This document shows, one piece after another, positions 9,013-18,759 of a stretch of 43,723 nt of DNA. The DNA is from Actinobacteria bacterium UBA912 (GTDB lineage Bacteria > Actinomycetota > Coriobacteriia > Anaerosomatales > UBA912). Position numbers and translations under genes: made by a program. The notes under the pieces were generated by a model. The model was not told where the DNA came from. It made no database searches and saw only the letters and a list, made by a program, of their open reading frames with translations. Within the stretch, counting starts at the first letter, position 1. Each line of letters opens with the position of its first letter. The stretch covers positions 1-43,723 of the forward strand of contig DBEG01000100.1 in NCBI GenBank assembly GCA_002293965.1, written 5' to 3'.

Positions 9013-11432
9013 TGCCCAGTATGCGAGTACACGAGCTGGCTAAGGAATTCGGGATGAACTCCCAGGAGCTGTTGGAGCATCTTCAGCGTTTGAAGATCCC
9101 AGCGAAAGGGCACTCTTCCTCTTTGGTCGAAGCTTACGTAGATAAGATCCGAAAAGACCTAGGGCCGGTCATCGCGGAAAAGCAGGCCGAACTCGAGGTC
9201 ATCCGCTTGCAGCAACTCGAAGAAGAGCGTCGTGTTGCCGAGGAGCTGGAAGCCGTGGCCCAGGCGGAGGCTTTAGAGCGTGCCAAGCGCGAGGCAGCCG
9301 CTAGAGCCGAGAGAGAGGCAGCGGAAGCTGCTGCGAAGGCGGAGCGCGAGGCCGAAGAGGCCAACGCAAGAGCGGCAGCTGAAGCCCTACAGGCTGCGCA
9401 AGAGTCGGCAGCCACTGCTCGTGCTGAGCAAGAAAAGCGCGATGCCGAGGAGGCAGCCAGACTAGATAGTGAGGAAGCCGAGCGCTATCGTGCGATGGCT
9501 GAGCAAGCCCAGGCCCAAACTGAGATCAAGACAGCACACGACAGGGTCATTCAAGAGGCAAAGGATGCTGTAGCTGCCGCTGCTCGCGATGGCAAGAAGA
9601 AGAAGAAGAAGCAGAAGCGACAGGAGCAAACCGCCACCACAGTAGATACTGCAACCCCAGTCGAGGTTGTCTCGGCTGGAAAGACCGACGGCGTCCTTAC
9701 CGTTACCGAAGGCGCAACCGTTGGTGAGCTGGCGGTCTTGCTGGATATTGCAACGAGCGAGATCATCAAGAGATTGATGCTCTTGGGAACCATGTTGACA
9801 GTCAACCAGCCGATGCCGCGTGATGTGATGGAACTGGTCGCCGAGGACCTCGGAAGAACGCTGAACATCGTCAGCCTGGAAGAAGAGACCGTTCTGGCCT
9901 TCACCGATGCACCTGAGGATCTCGTTCCGCGATCTCCTGTCGTTACTGTCATGGGTCATGTCGATCACGGAAAGACATCGCTCCTCGATGCCATCCGCGA
10001 GACTGGAGTTGCCCAAACCGAGGCTGGCGGTATCACTCAGCACATCGGTGCCTCTGTGGTCAACCACAAGGATCAGCGGATCACCTTCATCGATACGCCA
10101 GGACACGAGGCCTTCACGGCGATGCGTGCTCGTGGAGCCAAGGTCACTGACATCGCCGTTCTTGTCGTTGCAGCTGACGACGGGGTCATGCCGCAAACGG
10201 TTGAGGCCATCCATCACGCAAAGGCTGCGAAGGTGCCGATAATCATCGCTGTCAACAAGATCGACAAAGAGGGTGCCAACCCTGATCAGGTCCGACAGAT
10301 ACTGACCGAGCACGAAATCGTCCCCGAGGAGTGGGGTGGCAGCAACATCTTCGTCGACGTCTCTGCCAAGAAGCGGATCAACATAGATGAGCTTCTCGAG
10401 ACCATACTCCTCGTCGCTGAAGTCGAGGAGCTTCGCGCCAACCCCAATGCCCCTGCCAGCGGAGTCGTCATCGAGGCCAAGCTCGACAAAGGCCGTGGAC
10501 CCGTTGCAACGATACTGATCCAACGCGGGACGCTCCGTGTCGGTGACTCACTCGTGGCAGGTTCCACCTACGGCCGCGTGAGGGCGCTTGTCGATCCCAA
10601 GGGTGCGACCATCTCTTCGGCCGGTCCTGCTGATCCAGTCGAGGTGCTTGGACTCGGAGGTGTACCGTCCGCCGGAGACGAGTTCCGTGTGTTCGCCGAT
10701 GAGCGCGATGCCAAGAATCTCGCCGAAGAACGTGCGTTGAAACTGCGACTATTGGCACAGGATAGGAAGGTCCATGTCTCGCTGGATGACTTGTTCGCCC
10801 GCATCCAAGAGGGCGACCTTCGTGAACTGAACCTAGTGGTCAAAGCTGATGTCCATGGTTCGATCGAGGCATTGAAGGACGCCCTGGACAAGATGGACCA
10901 AAGCGAGGTCAAGATATCTGTCATCCACTCGGCCGTCGGCGGAATCACTGAGACGGACGTCATGCTGGCCGACGCCTCAGATGCGATCATCATCGGATTC
11001 AATGTCCGTCCTGAGCCCAAGGCCAAGGCCCTCGCTGAGAAGGAAAGCGTGGACTTGAGGATGTACAGGGTCATCTACCAGGCCATCGAGGATATCAACG
11101 CTGCGCGGGTCGGAATGTTGGCGCCTGATGTTGTCGAGACCGACACCGCCCAAGTGGAGGTTCGCGAACTGTTCCGCGTCCCCAAGATCGGTGTCATTGC
11201 CGGATGTTATGTTCTTGATGGTGAGATCAGTCGAGACGATCGTATCCGAATCGTACGTGAGGGATTGATCGTCTACGAAGGCAAGGTCGGCTCGCTCCGG
11301 CGATTCAAGGAAGATGTCAAATCAGTTCGTGGTGGATACGAGTGTGGTATCTCCATCGATGGGTATCAGGATCTCAAGCAAGGTGACTTGATCGAAGGAT
11401 TCAAGATCTCCGAGGTCGCCCGCACAGAATGA
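9012..11432 (+). CDS. infB: Translation initiation factor IF-2
   Basis: 806 aa. G domain motifs are [24 protein letters not shown] and NKIDK. The N-terminus is E/A/R/K-rich low complexity. The ATG overlaps the ylxR TAA (TAATG); ATG 9021 is an alternative start. Confidence 0.95.
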   Translation: MPSMRVHELAKEFGMNSQELLEHLQRLKIPAKGHSSSLVEAYVDKIRKDLGPVIAEKQAELEVIRLQQLEEERRVAEELEAVAQAEALERAKREAAARAEREAAEAAAKAEREAEEANARAAAEALQAAQESAATARAEQEKRDAEEAARLDSEEAERYRAMAEQAQAQTEIKTAHDRVIQEAKDAVAAAARDGKKKKKKQKRQEQTATTVDTATPVEVVSAGKTDGVLTVTEGATVGELAVLLDIATSEIIKRLMLLGTMLTVNQPMPRDVMELVAEDLGRTLNIVSLEEETVLAFTDAPEDLVPRSPVVTVMGHVDHGKTSLLDAIRETGVAQTEAGGITQHIGASVVNHKDQRITFIDTPGHEAFTAMRARGAKVTDIAVLVVAADDGVMPQTVEAIHHAKAAKVPIIIAVNKIDKEGANPDQVRQILTEHEIVPEEWGGSNIFVDVSAKKRINIDELLETILLVAEVEELRANPNAPASGVVIEAKLDKGRGPVATILIQRGTLRVGDSLVAGSTYGRVRALVDPKGATISSAGPADPVEVLGLGGVPSAGDEFRVFADERDAKNLAEERALKLRLLAQDRKVHVSLDDLFARIQEGDLRELNLVVKADVHGSIEALKDALDKMDQSEVKISVIHSAVGGITETDVMLADASDAIIIGFNVRPEPKAKALAEKESVDLRMYRVIYQAIEDINAARVGMLAPDVVETDTAQVEVRELFRVPKIGVIAGCYVLDGEISRDDRIRIVREGLIVYEGKVGSLRRFKEDVKSVRGGYECGISIDGYQDLKQGDLIEGFKISEVARTE

Positions 11433-11445
11433 TCGAGGTGAAGCG

Positions 11446-11853
11446 ATGAAGGAGACTTCTAGGACTCGCAAGATGAACGAGAGCCTGAGAGAGGCTATCG
11501 CTCTTATATTGCTGGATGCTGTCTCGGACCCTCGTCTGGACTTCGTGACAGTCACCGGGGTAAGGGTATCCCCGGACATGGCTGTAGCCAACGTCTATGT
11601 CACCGCACACGGTGATGCAACCCGGTATCAGGAGGTACTGGCGGGACTGGAGTCCGCAAAAGGTCGCATCAGGGGCATTCTCGGCGGAAAGATCACTACG
11701 CGAGTGACCCCTGAACTGCGGTTCTTCATCGACGACAGTGTCGATGCCGGAATGCGGATCGCTGAGGCTTTGAAGTCGCCACCAGCTTCGCTCATGGCGG
11801 AACACCAGTCCTCTGCAGCTAGCGAATCCAGCGAATCCGACACTTCTGGGTGA
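11446..11853 (+). CDS. rbfA: Ribosome-binding factor A
   Basis: 135 aa with a KH-like core (FVTVTGVRVSPDMAVANVYV ... PELRFFID). Located immediately after infB. Confidence 0.9.
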   Translation: MKETSRTRKMNESLREAIALILLDAVSDPRLDFVTVTGVRVSPDMAVANVYVTAHGDATRYQEVLAGLESAKGRIRGILGGKITTRVTPELRFFIDDSVDAGMRIAEALKSPPASLMAEHQSSAASESSESDTSG

Positions 11854-11864
11854 GGCGGCTTTCG

Positions 11865-12836
11865 ATGCACTCCGAGGTCCAAAAGGCTGCGGCGCGCCTG
11901 CTGAAGGCGGATTTCGTCGTTGTAGGCTCCCATACCCAGCCTGACGGGGACGCCATAGGCTCCACGTTGGCGCTCACTTTGGCCTTGCGTTCGGTCGGGG
12001 TTGAAGCAGTCCCGACCCTTGCAGATGTCTGCCCGGTTCCATCGACCTATAGATTTCTGCCGGGCATAGCATTGCTGGTGCCGTTTTCGGAGTTGAAGGA
12101 TGTCGATGTCTTCGTTGCATTGGACACAGCCTCTTCCTCCCGACTAGGAGACTCAGCCAGTCTAGCCGAATCTGCCTCTAGCGTGATCGTCATCGACCAT
12201 CACGGAGACAACCAAGGCTTTGGGGCCATCAACGTGATCGACCCGACAAAAGCCGCCACCGCACACATGGTTTGGGAGTTTCTGTCGGTACTAGGTGCAC
12301 AGCCCACCCAAGAGATTGCACAGTGTTGCTACACGGGTCTGATGACCGACACAGGCCGATTCTCCTATGCCAACACCACCGCGGATGCCCTTCGGTGCGC
12401 CGCTGAGATGCTCGAAGTCGGTGTGGACGCCGCGGAGACCGCAAGGCTCCTATATCAGGAGCTTTCCCCAGCTTACCTCGAGCTTGAGGGCAGAGTGTTG
12501 TCCCGGCTCACCCTTGCCAATAGCGGAAGGGTCGCCTGGTCTTGGTGTACAGAGGAGGATTTCAGGGAGACTGGAGCCGAACTATCGGAAGTCGAGGGAT
12601 TACCAGATGCAGTGAGGCGCATCCAAGGTGTCGACGTGGTGGTGATGCTTCGGATGATCGATGGCGAGATTCGAGGGAACCTGCGCTCTAAGACCGGTTT
12701 CGATGTATCCGCGGTCGCCAGGATATTCGGGGGCGGGGGACATGTCCCAGCTGCCGGCTTCACCTACAAAGGATCGATCCAAACGGTGCTCGATCGATTG
12801 TTGCCGTTGTTGCCTGGCGCTGAATCGGTTTCCTGA
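11865..12836 (+). CDS. nrnA: DHH/DHHA1 phosphoesterase (NrnA-type nanoRNase / pAp phosphatase)
   Basis: DHH motifs are HTQPDGDAIGS, VALDT and VIDHH; the DHHA1 motif is GGGGHVPAAGF. The rbfA-nrnA order matches actinobacteria. ATG 11865 has GGGTGAGG upstream; GTG 11850 (GTGA overlap with rbfA) is the alternative. Confidence 0.8.
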   Translation: MHSEVQKAAARLLKADFVVVGSHTQPDGDAIGSTLALTLALRSVGVEAVPTLADVCPVPSTYRFLPGIALLVPFSELKDVDVFVALDTASSSRLGDSASLAESASSVIVIDHHGDNQGFGAINVIDPTKAATAHMVWEFLSVLGAQPTQEIAQCCYTGLMTDTGRFSYANTTADALRCAAEMLEVGVDAAETARLLYQELSPAYLELEGRVLSRLTLANSGRVAWSWCTEEDFRETGAELSEVEGLPDAVRRIQGVDVVVMLRMIDGEIRGNLRSKTGFDVSAVARIFGGGGHVPAAGFTYKGSIQTVLDRLLPLLPGAESVS

Positions 12837-13774
12837 TGGCGCGTCGCAACACCACCAACCTGTGCGGCATTCTGCCTATCGACAAGCCTCGCGGACCGTC
12901 CAGCCACGACATGATTAATGTCATCAGGAGACTAAGCGGTGAGGGCAGGGTCGGGCACGCAGGAACTCTGGACCCGATGGCCACAGGACTTTTGGTCGTT
13001 CTTGTCGGCCCGGCAACGCGACTCGCCCGATTCCTGACCGCAGAGGCGAAAACCTACTCCGCCGAAATCACCTTTGGATCAGCCACGGATACCGACGACG
13101 CCGATGGCAGAATCATCTCTGAGATGCCAGTACCATCGAAAGCAAAGGAGATCGCCTTTGCCGAAGCCAGCATCGCGGATATCATCGGTCAGGTGGACCA
13201 ACTCCCGCCGACCTACTCGGCGATCAAACTTGGCGGCACCAAGGCGTATACCGTTGCTCGGCGCGGGGAGACACCCGAGCTGACCCCAAGATCCGTTCGC
13301 ATCCATGATGCACGGCTGATCGCCATCGAGGACGGATCGCAACTGATTTGGGAGATAGAAGTCAAGGTTTCCAAAGGCACGTACATCCGGTCTATAGCCC
13401 GTGACCTCGGCGCAAAGATTGGCACGGCGGCTCACCTCAGTGGGATAAGGAGATTGTGCTCCGGAGCTGTTGATGTGTCCGAAGCGGTCACTACCGATCT
13501 CATCGGACAGCAGGAAAGTCCGGTTTCGAAGTACTTCATTGATCCCGCGAACGCTCTTGCATTCCCGGTGATTGAGATGGCACCCGCTCAGGCCGAGCTG
13601 CTTTCCAATGGCTGCCGATTGTCCGTCGACTCACTTCCAGCCCCCCCTGTTACGGACACCCCGCTAACAGTGGTGGATCCAGACCGCGTAATCGGGATAT
13701 TCGCATCTGATGGCTTCCACTTGAAGCCCTTGCTCGTTCTGCCCGCGAACGCCCCGCTGCAGAGGCACTCATGA
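12836..13774 (+). CDS. truB: tRNA pseudouridine(55) synthase
   Basis: The GHAGTLDPMATGLLVV motif holds the catalytic Asp. 312 aa. TGATG overlap with nrnA. Confidence 0.95.
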   Translation: MARRNTTNLCGILPIDKPRGPSSHDMINVIRRLSGEGRVGHAGTLDPMATGLLVVLVGPATRLARFLTAEAKTYSAEITFGSATDTDDADGRIISEMPVPSKAKEIAFAEASIADIIGQVDQLPPTYSAIKLGGTKAYTVARRGETPELTPRSVRIHDARLIAIEDGSQLIWEIEVKVSKGTYIRSIARDLGAKIGTAAHLSGIRRLCSGAVDVSEAVTTDLIGQQESPVSKYFIDPANALAFPVIEMAPAQAELLSNGCRLSVDSLPAPPVTDTPLTVVDPDRVIGIFASDGFHLKPLLVLPANAPLQRHS

Positions 13775-14715
13775 GTCGGGTGGTCACATGGAGTCCGGAA
13801 ATGGAGCATTTGGGTGACTGTGTGCTGACCATCGGAGTCTTCGACGGAGTACACCTCGGACACGTCAACCTGATTACCGAGACTCTGCGCTGCGCAACTC
13901 ACGCCTCGGTCCCTTCGGTCATCATCACATTCGACCGCGATCCTGACACCGTCGTCGGCCCTGCTGCCGACATCGTCCAGCTCCTTTCCCTCGCCGAGAA
14001 GATTGAATGCCTATCCCTGACCGGTGTCGAACACATCGTCATTCTCCCTTTCGATTCCGAGATGGCCGCCCTCTCACCAGGCGACTTCCTCCGCCATATC
14101 GTTCTTCGGTCGATGAACCCGCTGCAAATCATCGTGGGGGAGGACTTTCGCTTCGGCAACAGTGCCGCAGGTGACATCCATCTATTGAAGGAACTTGGTT
14201 TGGAATCAGGTATTGATGTGACTGGGATGGAACTACTAGAGCTTGATGGCGCGCCGGTGAAGTCCACCCGGATCAAAAACCTTCTCTTCGCGGGGGATAC
14301 AGAGACCGCCGGACGGCTTCTGGGCCGCTCACACTCCCTATCCGGTATCGTGATCCATGGTGCAGGTCGCGGGGGTCGGTTGCTCTCGATACCAACGGTC
14401 AACATCCATCCAAACGAAGGTAGTGTTGTGCCTGCGACCGGGGTCTACTCTGGCAAGGCTCGAATCGGCCAGGAGACATACCCTGCCGCAATCTTCGTCG
14501 GTAGCTCGCCGTCTTTCACCGATTCCGTGTTCGGCGTGGAGGCCCATATACTCGGCTTTGCAGATGAGGTCTACGGACGAAAACTGACTCTGGTCTTTGA
14601 GAAACGGTTACGTCGACTTGAGGGATTCGCCTCTCCTGATGCACTTGCGTTGGCGATCATGGCCGACATCGACGTCGTCAGGCGCCTGTCAGACACCGTG
14701 TCAGGATCGTCATGA
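13771..14715 (+). CDS. ribF: Bifunctional riboflavin kinase / FMN adenylyltransferase
   Basis: N-terminal nucleotidyltransferase motif IGVFDGVHLGH. The C-terminal riboflavin kinase region includes GGRLLSIPTVNI. ATGA overlap with truB. Confidence 0.9.
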   Translation: MSRVVTWSPEMEHLGDCVLTIGVFDGVHLGHVNLITETLRCATHASVPSVIITFDRDPDTVVGPAADIVQLLSLAEKIECLSLTGVEHIVILPFDSEMAALSPGDFLRHIVLRSMNPLQIIVGEDFRFGNSAAGDIHLLKELGLESGIDVTGMELLELDGAPVKSTRIKNLLFAGDTETAGRLLGRSHSLSGIVIHGAGRGGRLLSIPTVNIHPNEGSVVPATGVYSGKARIGQETYPAAIFVGSSPSFTDSVFGVEAHILGFADEVYGRKLTLVFEKRLRRLEGFASPDALALAIMADIDVVRRLSDTVSGSS

Positions 14716-14768
14716 GCGAAGCGTCGCTGATTACTCCTGCATGATGGCCCGCAGCATCCTGCGTATTG

Positions 14769-14777
14769 TGGTATCCT
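14769..14777 (+). promoter_or_regulatory. Extended -10 promoter element (TGgTATCCT) upstream of rpsO, overlapping a 7-bp inverted repeat
   Basis: TG at 14769-14770 plus TATCCT at 14772-14777, about 100 nt upstream of rpsO. GGTATCC (14770-14776) and GGATACC (14791-14797) are reverse complements. I see no recognisable -35. Confidence 0.35.
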
Positions 14778-14873
14778 ATTAGGGTTGTATGGATACCCTG
14801 TCCTTCGATCATCGAATCACCGACGATGTTCATCGGAGAGGGCGAACCCCCGTTAGAAAGGTGAAGATGCACC

Positions 14874-15143
14874 ATGGCTTTGGATAAGGAAATCAAGTCG
14901 CAGATCGTGTCCGAGTACGCAAGGGGCGAAGCGGACACCGGGTCCCCTGAGGTCCAGGTAGCTTTGCTGACCAAGCGCATTCGTGATCTGACCGAGCACC
15001 TCAAGATCCACAAGACGGATCACCACACACGCCGAGGACTTCTGCGACTCGTCGGACAGAGGCGTAATCTGTTGGCTTACCTGAAGAAGTCCGATATCGA
15101 GCGCTACAGGGATCTCATTGCGCGTCTAGGAATCCGTGGTTAG
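14874..15143 (+). CDS. rpsO: 30S ribosomal protein S15
   Basis: 89 aa with classic S15 sequence [35 protein letters not shown]. Confidence 0.97.
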   Translation: MALDKEIKSQIVSEYARGEADTGSPEVQVALLTKRIRDLTEHLKIHKTDHHTRRGLLRLVGQRRNLLAYLKKSDIERYRDLIARLGIRG

Positions 15144-15209
15144 GGAATATCGAAATCACGAATGTAGCCGTTTCCAGAGGGTGCGGCCCGGAACAGGAAG
15201 TGGAAATTG

Positions 15210-17399
15210 ATGAGTAAGGTTGTCGAGACTTTCGAGCTGTTTGGCAAGGAGTACACGTTCGAGACAGGTGAGCTGGCCAAGCAGGCTGGCGGAGCGGTGG
15301 TTGTTCGTCAGGGAGACACAATGGTCCTGGTGACTGCTACGGCTTCGGCTCAGGCTAAGGATTTCGACTTCTTTCCGCTTACTGTGGACTTCGAAGAGCG
15401 GATGTACGCTGCCGGCAAGCTACCTGGCGGGTTCATCAAGCGTGAGGCGCGACCAAGCGAGAAGGCGATCCTGACCGCTCGGATGATCGACCGTCCTTTG
15501 CGCTCGGCATTCGCCGAAGGATTCCGTAACGAGGTTCAGATCATCGCGACCGTGCTTTCCGCCGACCAGGTCCACCAGCCCGATGTGATTTGCATAATGG
15601 GCGCTTCGGCGGCCTTGATGATAGCCGGGATTCCCTTCGATGGTCCGCTATCCGGCGTTCGCGTTGCCAGGGTTGACGGTGAGTTGCTCGTCAACCCCAC
15701 CTTTGAGGAACTAGACCGATCCGACCTCGACCTCGTCGTGGCCGGATCCGCTGATGCGATCTACATGATCGAAGCGGGCGCGAACGAAGTACCCGAGGAC
15801 GACATGCTCGAAGCACTGCGGTTTGCTCAGAGCGCGATCACCCAGTTCTGTGAAGTCCAGAAGAATTTCGCCAGTCGTTGTGCATCCACCAAGATGGAAG
15901 TCGCCATCTACGAGATCGATCAAGAGCTCAGGAACCGAGTATTCTCCATCGGCTCGGAGAAGATGAGTGAGGCTTTACGCAATCCTGATAAACATTCGAG
16001 GATCTCGAATGTTGCCGCTGTCAAGGAGTTCGTTATCAGTCAGTTCTCCGACGAGGAGATGGCCGCCTTAGGCAAAGACATCAAGGCACTTCTGAAGGAA
16101 CTTGAGAAGACCGCCATGAGACGAATGGTTCTCGACGAGGGCGAACGGGTGGACGGGCGTCGCTCCGATGAGGTTCGCGAGATATCGAGCGTGGCTGGCT
16201 ATCTGCCTCGCGCCCATGGATCAGGCCTCTTCACTCGCGGTCAGACACAAGTGCTGTCGGTGCTTACGCTCGGGATGCTCTCCGAGTGGCAGCGCATCGA
16301 CACCATCGACGTCTCAGACGGCAAGCGCTATCTGCATCACTACAACTTCCCGCCATTCTGCACCGGGGAGACCGGATTCATGCGCGGACCCAAGCGCCGA
16401 GAGATCGGCCACGGTGCACTTGCTGAGCGGGCACTGCTACCAGTTCTTCCCGAGGAGGACGAGTTCCCCTACACCATCCGCATCGTGTCAGAGGTGCTGG
16501 AGTCCAATGGTTCTAGCTCCATGGGCTCGGTCTGCGGTTCCACTCTAAGCCTTATGGACGCTGGCGTGCCGATCTCGGCACCGGTCTCCGGAATCGCCAT
16601 GGGGCTCATCAAGGAGGGTGACGAGGTCGCAGTACTCTCCGACATCCAGGGACTCGAGGACTTCCTCGGCGATATGGACTTCAAGGTAGCCGGTACTGAG
16701 AACGGGATCACTGCTCTCCAGATGGACAACAAGGCAAAGGGCTTGAGCCATGAGATCCTCGAGCAGGCCCTTCGTCAGGCCAAGACTGGTCGCGAGCATA
16801 TCCTTTCAGAGATGATCAAGGTCATCGATGCTCCCCGCGAGGAACTCAAGGAGAACGCTCCCCGGATCATCACAGTCCGCATTCCAGTGGATCGCATACG
16901 TGAAGTCATAGGATCAGGCGGAAAGGTCGTTCGTTCGATCCAGGAAGACACCGGCGCGCAGATCGACATACAGGAAGACGGAACCATCTTCATCGCCTCG
17001 AAAGACCAGGGCGGAGAAGAGGCGCGACGTCGTATCGAGATGATCGTCAAGCAGCCTGAGATTGGTGAGAAATATACGGGTCGTGTCGTTTCCATCCAGG
17101 CATTCGGTGCCTTCGTGGAGTTACTCCCCGGGAAAGACGGCCTTCTTCACATCTCCAAAGTCGCAAAAGGTCGAGTCGAGAAGGTCGAGGACGTGCTCAA
17201 CGTTGGGGATGAAGTAGAGGTAGAGATCACAGATATCGATGACCGCGGCAAGGTCTCGTTGGATCGCCTCGACAAGCCCGACGCTCCTGCCGGTTCCGGA
17301 GGTGCTGCACGCACGTCAGACCGCGACGATCGCCCAAGGGGTCGCGGAGGCGATGACCGCTCGTCAACGGATTCCAAGAGGCCTCGCAGAAGACACTAG
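15210..17399 (+). CDS. pnp: Polyribonucleotide nucleotidyltransferase (PNPase) with an Arg/Asp-rich C-terminal tail
   Basis: Two RNase PH domains (FPLTVDFEERMYAAGKLPGGFIKREARPS), then KH and S1 domains, in the rpsO-pnp order. I prefer ATG 15210 to the TTG at 15207. Confidence 0.97.
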   Translation: MSKVVETFELFGKEYTFETGELAKQAGGAVVVRQGDTMVLVTATASAQAKDFDFFPLTVDFEERMYAAGKLPGGFIKREARPSEKAILTARMIDRPLRSAFAEGFRNEVQIIATVLSADQVHQPDVICIMGASAALMIAGIPFDGPLSGVRVARVDGELLVNPTFEELDRSDLDLVVAGSADAIYMIEAGANEVPEDDMLEALRFAQSAITQFCEVQKNFASRCASTKMEVAIYEIDQELRNRVFSIGSEKMSEALRNPDKHSRISNVAAVKEFVISQFSDEEMAALGKDIKALLKELEKTAMRRMVLDEGERVDGRRSDEVREISSVAGYLPRAHGSGLFTRGQTQVLSVLTLGMLSEWQRIDTIDVSDGKRYLHHYNFPPFCTGETGFMRGPKRREIGHGALAERALLPVLPEEDEFPYTIRIVSEVLESNGSSSMGSVCGSTLSLMDAGVPISAPVSGIAMGLIKEGDEVAVLSDIQGLEDFLGDMDFKVAGTENGITALQMDNKAKGLSHEILEQALRQAKTGREHILSEMIKVIDAPREELKENAPRIITVRIPVDRIREVIGSGGKVVRSIQEDTGAQIDIQEDGTIFIASKDQGGEEARRRIEMIVKQPEIGEKYTGRVVSIQAFGAFVELLPGKDGLLHISKVAKGRVEKVEDVLNVGDEVEVEITDIDDRGKVSLDRLDKPDAPAGSGGAARTSDRDDRPRGRGGDDRSSTDSKRPRRRH

Positions 17400-17415
17400 T
17401 AACTGTCGTATACTT

Positions 17416-17464
17416 CACCCACGCCGACCGAATCTTCGCTAGCGATGAAAGGCTGGCGTGGGTG
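17416..17464 (+). terminator. Strong stem-loop downstream of pnp; terminator-like or an RNA 3'-end protective hairpin
   Basis: CACCCACGCC (17416-17425) and GGCGTGGGTG (17455-17464) form a perfect 10-bp inverted repeat. The 29-nt loop contains the palindrome CGCTAGCG. There is no canonical U-tract. Confidence 0.35.
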
Positions 17465-17490
17465 AATACATTTAGCGAAGGATTGTGCAC

Positions 17491-18741
17491 ATGTTCTACC
17501 AGCAAACAGTGCTGGACAACGGATTGACGGTCGTCACCGAACGCATCGACACTGTAAGATCGGTCGCGCTCGGCCTGTGGTTCCGGGTAGGCAGCCGCGA
17601 TGAAACCGCTGCGGAAGCCGGTATGTCACACTTCATTGAGCACATGATGTTCAAGGGCACGCCTACTCGCTCGGCAGCTGATATCTCACAGGCTTTCGAT
17701 CGCATCGGAGCGGACCTCAATGCGTTCACCTCCAAGGAGTACACTTGCTACTACTCCAGATTCGTCAGCGACAACCTGCCCGTGATCATCGAGCTTTTCT
17801 CCGATATGCTGTGCAATTCCACCTTGGCCGAGGACGCATGTTTTCGAGAACGTGAGGTTGTGATCGAAGAGATCGCACGGACCGAGGATGCGCCAGACGA
17901 TCAAATCCACGAGATTTTCGCATCAGGTCTGTATGCTGGCCATCCGTTAGGTTCATCCATCCTGGGTACTCGCACGAGCGTCGGCAGCTTCGATCATGCG
18001 GCCACTGCGGCATTCCGCGAAAAGCACTACTCGCCAGGCAATTGCATTGTTGCCGTTGCTGGCTTGGTAGACCACGACGAAGTTGTCGCCCTGGTGAAAT
18101 CACGGCTGGAGTTACCCGGCACAACCCCGAACACCCGCACACTTTCGACTCCAAGTGCACCAAGGTCGCTGGTCTCGATCAACAAGGAGACCGAACAATC
18201 CCATATCTGCTACGGGATGACCGCACTGAATTGGGATCATCCTGATCGCTACGCACTCTCAATTGCTGATGCGGTGCTCGGAGGCGGTATGTCCAGCAGG
18301 CTGTTCCAGGAGATTCGTGAGAGTAAGGGTCTGGCGTATTCGGTGTACAGCTTCCTGACCTTGTTCCAGGAGACCGGACAATTCGCAGTCTATGCTGGTA
18401 CGCGCCCTGCTAATACCGCTGAGGTCGTCGGCATCATCCGCCAGCAGATCGAGCTGATGGCTGCCGAGGGTATCTCGGCAGCTGAACTCGACAGGGCACG
18501 CAACTCTTTCAAGGGGCACCTTGTTTTGGGCCTTGAGGATACCAGGGCCAGGATGTCGCGGCTGGGCAAGAGCTTCGTCGTTCAATCGGAGCTACTGTCC
18601 ATCGATGAGCTGATCGGGCGCATCGAGGCGGTTACAATTGAGGATGTCGCTCGCGTAGTTTCGTCGGTATTCGCGACGAAGGGCTCGTTGGCTTTCATCG
18701 GTCCACTCACTTCCGAGGAAGTCGATCGACTGTCCCAGTAG
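17491..18741 (+). CDS. M16 family (pitrilysin/insulinase-like) zinc peptidase
   Basis: Inverted zincin motif HFIEHMMFKGT (HxxEH). About 416 aa. A position after pnp is shared with Bacillus mlpA and actinobacterial pepR. ATG 17491 has GAAGGA 9 nt upstream; GTG 17485 is the alternative. Confidence 0.85.
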   Translation: MFYQQTVLDNGLTVVTERIDTVRSVALGLWFRVGSRDETAAEAGMSHFIEHMMFKGTPTRSAADISQAFDRIGADLNAFTSKEYTCYYSRFVSDNLPVIIELFSDMLCNSTLAEDACFREREVVIEEIARTEDAPDDQIHEIFASGLYAGHPLGSSILGTRTSVGSFDHAATAAFREKHYSPGNCIVAVAGLVDHDEVVALVKSRLELPGTTPNTRTLSTPSAPRSLVSINKETEQSHICYGMTALNWDHPDRYALSIADAVLGGGMSSRLFQEIRESKGLAYSVYSFLTLFQETGQFAVYAGTRPANTAEVVGIIRQQIELMAAEGISAAELDRARNSFKGHLVLGLEDTRARMSRLGKSFVVQSELLSIDELIGRIEAVTIEDVARVVSSVFATKGSLAFIGPLTSEEVDRLSQ

Positions 18742-18759
18742 GATTACGGGAGGTTCGTC

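Noticed and set aside
9594-9617. (AAG)6-CAG-AAG simple repeat.
   Set aside because: It is an in-frame lysine run (KKKKKKQK) in the low-complexity N-terminal region of IF-2. Being a triplet repeat, slippage would not shift the frame. It is neither a regulatory microsatellite nor a CRISPR-like repeat.
9462-10523. 353-aa ORF on the minus strand inside infB. Similar long antisense ORFs lie at 3975-4706, 4427-5074, 18744-19280, 19051-19698, 19790-20422, 20507-21040, 25074-25697, 26605-27366, 29757-30290 and 36257-36847.
   Set aside because: Each lies antisense to a + strand gene that has unambiguous conserved motifs. Their translations are low-complexity (Arg/Ser/Pro/Gly-rich) with no recognisable motif or RBS. 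They are typical shadow ORFs of GC-rich coding DNA.
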